Source: an uncultured Acidobacteriota bacterium (GTDB taxonomy: Bacteria > Acidobacteriota > UBA6911 > RPQK01 > JAPXNP01). Taken from it: a stretch of 64,000 bases of DNA. The notes under the pieces were generated by a model. The model worked only from the letters and a program-made list of their open reading frames with translations, had not been told where the DNA came from and ran no database searches. Positions 58,974 to 64,000 of the stretch are shown in pieces; the first letter of the stretch is position 1; each line of letters opens with the position of its first letter. The DNA is taken from contig CAZGEH010000003.1 of the NCBI GenBank assembly GCA_964524795.1, positions 78,675 through 142,674 of the forward strand. Reading direction: 5' to 3'. A program made the position numbers and the translations under genes.

Positions 58974-61544
58974 ATGTTTGAACGGACCCGCCACACACGG
59001 ATATCCCGATTCCTTTGCCCGGTTTTGGTCTTCTGGCCGGCCGCCCTGTTGAGTACGAGGGTCTTGCCGGCGGCCCCGGTCCCTCTTCAGCTCAACGAGC
59101 TCGAGTATTTCGAGAAGCCCGGCCTCAATGTTCTGGTCTTCAGTAACCAGTACAACGGCATGTTCTTCGACGAGAAGACGGCCGGGATTGAGCTGATTCA
59201 CCACGGCGTGAGAACGGCTACGGGAGGTGCGGTCCGCGTGCGGCATACGCCCGAGCAGTGGGATCAGATTCCCGAGGTGAAGGAGCGCAGGGTCGATCGG
59301 GAGAGCAACCGGATCGAAGTGGTGCTCCGCTATGCGGACTTCGAATTCGAGCCGCGCCTCGTGGTCGAACCCGATGAGGAGGGCTTTCGGATCGCCGTAT
59401 GGCTGGATCGTCCCCTACCCGAACGCCTGGTCGGCCGGGCCGGCCTGAATCTGGAGTTCCTCCCGGCCACCTATTTCGAGAAGACTTACGTAATGGACAG
59501 CACACCGGGGATCTTGCCGCTCTATCCCGAAGGTCCGGTGGAGATGCGCCTGGCCGCTGCACTGATTCCCCAGTTTGCTGGCCACAACACGTTCGACGAT
59601 CGGGGGCGCGGCGAGTTTCCGGAGCCGCTGCCCGTGGCCGCGGGCCGGCGCTTAATTCTGGCGCCGGAGGATCCCGAGCGGCGGGTGGACATACATTCGA
59701 ATGGCGGGGACTTGCTGCTGTTTGACGGGCGCAACGTGGCGCAAAACGGCTGGTTCGTCGTGCGGACCTTGCTTCCGGCTGAATCCAACGGGAAGGTGGT
59801 GGAATGGTCGGTCCGGCCCCACACGATTCCAGACTGGAAGCGCCCGCCGAATATTGCGTTCTCCCAGGTCGGTTATCACCCTCAACAGAAGAAGGTGGCC
59901 GTCATTGAACTCGACAAGAACGACACGCCGCTGGATAGCGCCGTGCTGTTGGAGATCGCTCCCAGCGGTGAACGCGTGGAAGCGTTTCGCGCCGCGCTGC
60001 AATCCTGGGGCCGGTACCTGCGCTACAACTACGCGATCTTCGACTTCAGCGAGCTGCGTAAATCGGGGACTTACTGCCTACGTTACGGCGACGTGGAATC
60101 GGGCGCCTTCCCGATCCACGACCGGGTCTATTCCGGGATCTGGCATCCGACGCTGGATGTCTTCTTCCCGGTGCAGATGGACCACATGTTCGTCAACGAA
60201 GCGTACCGGGTGTGGCACGGAGCAGCCCACCTGGACGACGCGCGGCAGGCGCCCGTCAACCACCAGCACTTCGACGGCTACCGGATGGGCCCGTCGACGG
60301 AGACGCCATACGAGCCGGGCGAGCACATCCCGGGACTGGCCGTGGGCGGGTGGTTCGACGCCGGGGATTTTGACATCCAGACGCCCTCCCATTGCGCGAC
60401 GGTGCATTCGTTGGCCGAGACGTGGCGGTTGTTTCGGCCGGAGCGGGATCAGACCCTGATCGATCAGGACCGCCGCTTCGTCGAGATTCGCCATCCCGAC
60501 GGCAAGCCCGACATCCTCCAGCAGATCGAGCACGGAGTCCTGCAGCTGGTGGCTCAGCATCGCGTCTTCGGGAGGGCGGTCACCGGCATCGTGGATCCTC
60601 TCCTGCACCAGTACCATCATCTGGGAGACGCCGTAACCCAGACCGACGGCAAGATCTACGACCCCGGCCTGAAACCCTACGAGGTGCAGGGGGATCGCAG
60701 TGGAACTCCCGATGACCGCTGGGTCTTCACCAATCGATCCGCGGCCGTGAACTACTTTTCGATCGCCGCCTTGGCGGCGGCAGCCGAGGCTTTGCGGGGC
60801 TACAACGATCCGCTGGCGGCCGAGTGCCTCGAACGCGCCCGGGCGGCTTGGCAGGCCGAACTTGAACAGGCCGAAGCGTCAGCGCCGGCCTCCGGGTGGG
60901 AGGCTGCGATGCGCCAGGGGGCGGAGCTGTCGGCGGCCCTGGAGCTGTTCCGCGTCACCGGCGAAAAGGCTTACGGTGACCGTTTCCAGGAGCTGCTCTG
61001 GCCCGCGCTGGAGCGCAGTCTTGGTCGCACGCTCGCTACAGGCGTCCGGGCTGTGCCGTTCTTCGACGCCGCATTCCGGGAGCGGCTGAAGCCCTACGTG
61101 GAAAGATACCGGGAGGAGATGGCCAACACCGAACGGGAGAATCCCTTCGGCGTTCCTATCACTCGGGGAGGTTGGGCGGGAAACTCAGCCGTCGTGGGCT
61201 TCTCGATGACCGCTTACTATCTTCATCGGGAGTTTCCGGAGGTGATCGATGCGGAGCCGGTTCTCCGGGGGCTGAACTATCTGTTCGGCTGCCACCCGGC
61301 TACGAATACTTCGTTCGTCTCGGGAGTCGGGGGCAGGTCGAAAAACATCGCCTACGGCAACAACCGAGCTGACTTCAGCTTCATCGCCGGAGGTGTCGTG
61401 CCGGGAGTGTTGATTCTCAAACCGGATTTCCCCGAGAACAAGGACGACTGGCCATTCTTGTGGGGGCAAAACGAGTACACGATAGGCATGAGCGCTCAGT
61501 ACCTGTTGCTGGCGAACGCGGTGAACAGCCTGCTCCAGCGGTGA
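58974..61544 (+). CDS. GH9-like glycoside hydrolase with long N-terminal extension (CelD N-terminal Ig-like domain + (alpha/alpha)6 catalytic-type domain)
   Basis: ATG 6 nt after GGAGGAGG; signal peptide MFERTRHTRISRFLCPVLVFWPAALLS. NIAFSQVGYHPQQKKVAVIEL is a CelD_N-like Ig domain. GGWFDAGDFD has the DAGD catalytic pair; the C-terminal GQNEYTIGMSAQY has the NE..DYN-like acid. The upstream in-frame ORF extension from 58734 is rejected. Confidence 0.65.
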   Translation: MFERTRHTRISRFLCPVLVFWPAALLSTRVLPAAPVPLQLNELEYFEKPGLNVLVFSNQYNGMFFDEKTAGIELIHHGVRTATGGAVRVRHTPEQWDQIPEVKERRVDRESNRIEVVLRYADFEFEPRLVVEPDEEGFRIAVWLDRPLPERLVGRAGLNLEFLPATYFEKTYVMDSTPGILPLYPEGPVEMRLAAALIPQFAGHNTFDDRGRGEFPEPLPVAAGRRLILAPEDPERRVDIHSNGGDLLLFDGRNVAQNGWFVVRTLLPAESNGKVVEWSVRPHTIPDWKRPPNIAFSQVGYHPQQKKVAVIELDKNDTPLDSAVLLEIAPSGERVEAFRAALQSWGRYLRYNYAIFDFSELRKSGTYCLRYGDVESGAFPIHDRVYSGIWHPTLDVFFPVQMDHMFVNEAYRVWHGAAHLDDARQAPVNHQHFDGYRMGPSTETPYEPGEHIPGLAVGGWFDAGDFDIQTPSHCATVHSLAETWRLFRPERDQTLIDQDRRFVEIRHPDGKPDILQQIEHGVLQLVAQHRVFGRAVTGIVDPLLHQYHHLGDAVTQTDGKIYDPGLKPYEVQGDRSGTPDDRWVFTNRSAAVNYFSIAALAAAAEALRGYNDPLAAECLERARAAWQAELEQAEASAPASGWEAAMRQGAELSAALELFRVTGEKAYGDRFQELLWPALERSLGRTLATGVRAVPFFDAAFRERLKPYVERYREEMANTERENPFGVPITRGGWAGNSAVVGFSMTAYYLHREFPEVIDAEPVLRGLNYLFGCHPATNTSFVSGVGGRSKNIAYGNNRADFSFIAGGVVPGVLILKPDFPENKDDWPFLWGQNEYTIGMSAQYLLLANAVNSLLQR

Positions 61545-61559
61545 AACGGCAGTGCCTGG

Positions 61560-61840
61560 GGGAGAACAATTTCGTCCGGACGGTGCTGTCGCCGCTGATC
61601 GCCAGAATCCAACTGCAACTGTTTGAGGTCGGGGCGGTGATCCTTGCTGTAGCCATAGGTGATGCGGGGAAAGGGGAAGACCGTTTCCCGGAAGTTGTCC
61701 GGCAATGGATCGACAACCGCCACGCAGTCGATGCCGTGCTCAAGCAGATGACCAAGACCGCCGAACGGGCCATGGAACTGCTGCTGACGCAGCCGGAGGA
61801 TGCGACCAGGTAACCTCCGCCCCGGCCATCGTGTCACGAA
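61560..61840 (-). mobile_element. IS1634/IS4-family transposase remnant (fragment, pseudogene)
   Basis: The minus-strand translation contains …FRETVFPFPRITYGYSKDHRPDLKQL…; the GYSKDHRPDLKQ block is a hallmark of IS1634-type transposases. Flanking sequence has lost similarity; only about 115 codons remain open. Confidence 0.5.
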
Positions 61841-61951
61841 ATTACGTTCACAACCTGCGGATAGTCAGCCTAAGGCCCTTCTGGAGCCCCTCTTCGACGG
61901 CTAAGCTTTGTCATTTGAGTCTCTTGCCGCGGTCCGACCCCATTTGGCGTC

Positions 61952-63076
61952 TCACCGGATCACGCCGCACTTCCGGTAGAAATCGCGGACCCGAGGATCC
62001 CGCAGGAGCGGACGATGGACCTGGTGGAGAAACAGGCCGGGAGCACCATTGAGTTCCAGTACCTGGAACGAGTCGGGGGTCCACACCACGTCCCAGGCGA
62101 GCCCTGGGGCGAAAGGCATGCGGGCCGCAGCCGCCAGGATCCGCTCCACCGTCGCGGCCCAGCGCGGAATTCCCACACCTTCAATGGGCGCCCCCGTCTC
62201 GGGATGACACGGGTGCCGCATCAGCCTGCCTGCAGCCGAAAGACAGGCAGCCCTCCCCAGCTCACCTCCCGGACCCACCTCCGCACTGAGTCCCCCGCGC
62301 CCTCCCTGAAAATTGTCCACCGGGAAAGACCGGGAGGAACCGATACGTTGGGCAGCCGCGGCGAGAAACGGTCCACCTCCGCAGAAGTCCCACAAGGTCA
62401 GCAGGCGCACGGTATTGGTGGTTCGGGGATACAGCCCGCGGGCATACTCCGCCTGTTCCGCAAACGACGTCACGATGTAGCGCCCCGGCCGATTCAGGAC
62501 TGCCGGAAGCTGGTCCCAGGCCAGAGGCTGGCCGTTAACCTGCAAAGCACCGTTGTGACGGGACAGGAAAACGAGTCCCATCCCCTTGCAACCTTTGGCG
62601 GGCTTGATGACCAGTCTGCCGTTCCCCTCCAGCAAAGCCCCCACGGCGTCGGCAGGTTCTGCAGGCAGTCCCCGGTGGTCGGCCGGACGCCACCGACCGC
62701 CCTCCAGGCAGCCGAACAGGCGGGGCGCAGGCACGTCGAGAGCCTCCATCAACAGGGAGAAAACCGCTTTGTTGTTGACGACGTGATCGGCGGAGCCGTT
62801 GATCCGCGGGCTGTACAACGAGCGGTGGAAATCCGGCAGATATTCGCCGATCGCCTCATCGAGGCGGTAGAGAGCGGCTGACCGGGGGACAAACCCGTGG
62901 ATGAATGCGTGCCAGCGGGTTCTGGCCGAGAGCGGCGGCCAGCGCTCCAGGCTGGCCCTGAGGAAGGACACCAGTCCCTTCAGCGTCCTCAGCCTCAGGT
63001 CCACCCACGCAAAGCTGTCGAAGGGGGCGGAGCGCCATTGAGGGCGGTTCGGCGGTTGCGGGCATGGTTCCGGCAT
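61952..63076 (-). CDS. ATP-grasp protein of the sugar-transfer-associated / alpha-L-glutamate-ligase-related type
   Basis: 374 aa; …GRLVIKPAKGCKGMGLVFL…RYIVTSFAEQ…LELNGAPGL…, ATP-grasp nucleotide-binding elements without a RimK N-domain. Confidence 0.5.
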   Translation of the reverse strand: MPEPCPQPPNRPQWRSAPFDSFAWVDLRLRTLKGLVSFLRASLERWPPLSARTRWHAFIHGFVPRSAALYRLDEAIGEYLPDFHRSLYSPRINGSADHVVNNKAVFSLLMEALDVPAPRLFGCLEGGRWRPADHRGLPAEPADAVGALLEGNGRLVIKPAKGCKGMGLVFLSRHNGALQVNGQPLAWDQLPAVLNRPGRYIVTSFAEQAEYARGLYPRTTNTVRLLTLWDFCGGGPFLAAAAQRIGSSRSFPVDNFQGGRGGLSAEVGPGGELGRAACLSAAGRLMRHPCHPETGAPIEGVGIPRWAATVERILAAAARMPFAPGLAWDVVWTPDSFQVLELNGAPGLFLHQVHRPLLRDPRVRDFYRKCGVIR

Positions 63077-63207
63077 CGGTCCTCGCGATGTTGGTTATCC
63101 TACCGGACCAGTGTCGACTCCGCGAGATTCCTGAACTGTCCCCAACTGTGCTGCGTTTTCGGTGGTCTAACACCAAGAACGCGATTGCCTCGCCCGTGAG
63201 GGCGGGG

Positions 63208-64000
63208 AGGAGCCAGTATGCGCCAGGATGGGCTTTCCATGGACCGGCGGGTCGAGGCGGCCCGCTGGACCGTCACCCGGATTCTAATGATCTGCCTGGT
63301 GCTGATTTCGGCCGGCGCCGGAGTCTACTTTTATCCCTCCATCAGCCGCTGGGCTTCCGCTGATCGTTCGATCGACCTGTCGAGACTACGGACGGGCCGT
63401 GTCAGTCGGGGAGACCTGCTGCGTGACGTCTCGGTGCAAGGTCGGGTGGTGGCCGCTGCGCACCCTACCCTGGTGAGTCCTGCTCAGGGAGTCGTCACCT
63501 TGTTGGTGAAGGCCGGCGATGTGGTGCGCCGCGGACAGGTGATGGCTCGGGTGGAGAGCCCTGAGCTGGAGAACAGCCTGTTGCAGGAGCGCTCGACGCT
63601 CCTGTCGCGGCAATCGGAGCTGGAGCGATTGGTGATCGCCAACCGCCAGGCCGACCTTGAAAACCAGCAGGAGATCGCGTTGCTGGAGGTGAAGTTACGG
63701 GCCTCCCGCCGAGCCATGGAGCGGGCAAAGGAGCTGTTCGATGCCGGGCTGGGCAGCGCCATCGACTACCAGAAGTCGCTGGATGACCTGCAGGTTGTCG
63801 AGATGGAGCTGGAGCACTCCCGGCACAAGCTTGAGCTGAGCCGCGAAACCGGAGCGTTCGAGGTGAGGACCCGCGAGCTGGAAATCCAGCGCCAGCAGCT
63901 GGTGATCGAGGAACTCGAGCGACGGGTCGACCGTCTGGGGGTGGTCTCTCCCGTGGACGGACTGGTGTCGCGCGTCGAGGTCCGCGACAAGGATACCGTT
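63208..64000 (+). CDS. HlyD-family / membrane-fusion (periplasmic adaptor) protein, 3'-truncated by window edge
   Basis: ATG 6 nt after GGGAGGAG; N-terminal TM (ILMICLVLISAGAGVYF); biotin-lipoyl-like beta segment (AHPTLVSPAQGVVTLLVKAGDVVRRGQVMARVESPELE), then a long coiled coil. No stop before the window end. Confidence 0.6.

Overview
This is a 64 kb, very high-GC (about 65-70%), gene-dense bacterial chromosomal window. The gene content looks like a Gram-negative, diderm soil or sediment bacterium; it is Acidobacteriota-like, but taxonomy cannot be proven from sequence alone. The first two-thirds of the window is mostly housekeeping and envelope metabolism, in this order:
- pyrG (3' part), a PhoD phosphatase and a YjbQ-family protein.
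- A TetR-controlled efflux operon of the YbhGFSR type: TolC-like, HlyD, two ABC ATPases, two ABC-2 permeases.
- A heptose kinase, a giant (about 1,640 aa) secreted repeat protein with a C-terminal GH9-like domain, and an L-rhamnose isomerase.
- A TLC/Npt-type nucleotide transporter, several transporters and small hydrolases, and an ATP-grasp/esterase/MBL/metallophosphoesterase cluster next to a MerR-B12-like regulator.
- Proline dehydrogenase, queF, an acyl-CoA synthetase, ispH, a tandem alpha/beta-hydrolase, glgC, an XdhC-like protein, a thiolase and a rhodanese.

The last third is accessory-like:
- A TlpA/ResA-type thioredoxin-fold lipoprotein whose CxxC motif is interrupted by an in-frame TGA followed by a SECIS-like hairpin; this is a probable selenoprotein (U-x-x-C) that an ORF caller splits in two.
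- A six-gene operon of alkaline-phosphatase-superfamily enzymes (one sulfatase-like, two type-I phosphodiesterase-like), a small RHH-like protein, a membrane protein and a sulfotransferase.
- A lower-GC islet flanked by two direct copies of a roughly 100-nt structured repeat, with a third copy near the window start. The islet carries a decaying tandem MNT/HEPN toxin-antitoxin array and a DsrE-like lipoprotein.
- A second GH9-like gene followed by an IS1634-type transposase remnant, then a sugar-transfer-type ATP-grasp protein and the start of a membrane-fusion protein.

No rRNA, tRNA or CRISPR was recognised. Every call is from reading the sequence and the supplied ORF translations, with no database searches, so family assignments rest on remembered motifs and should be confirmed.
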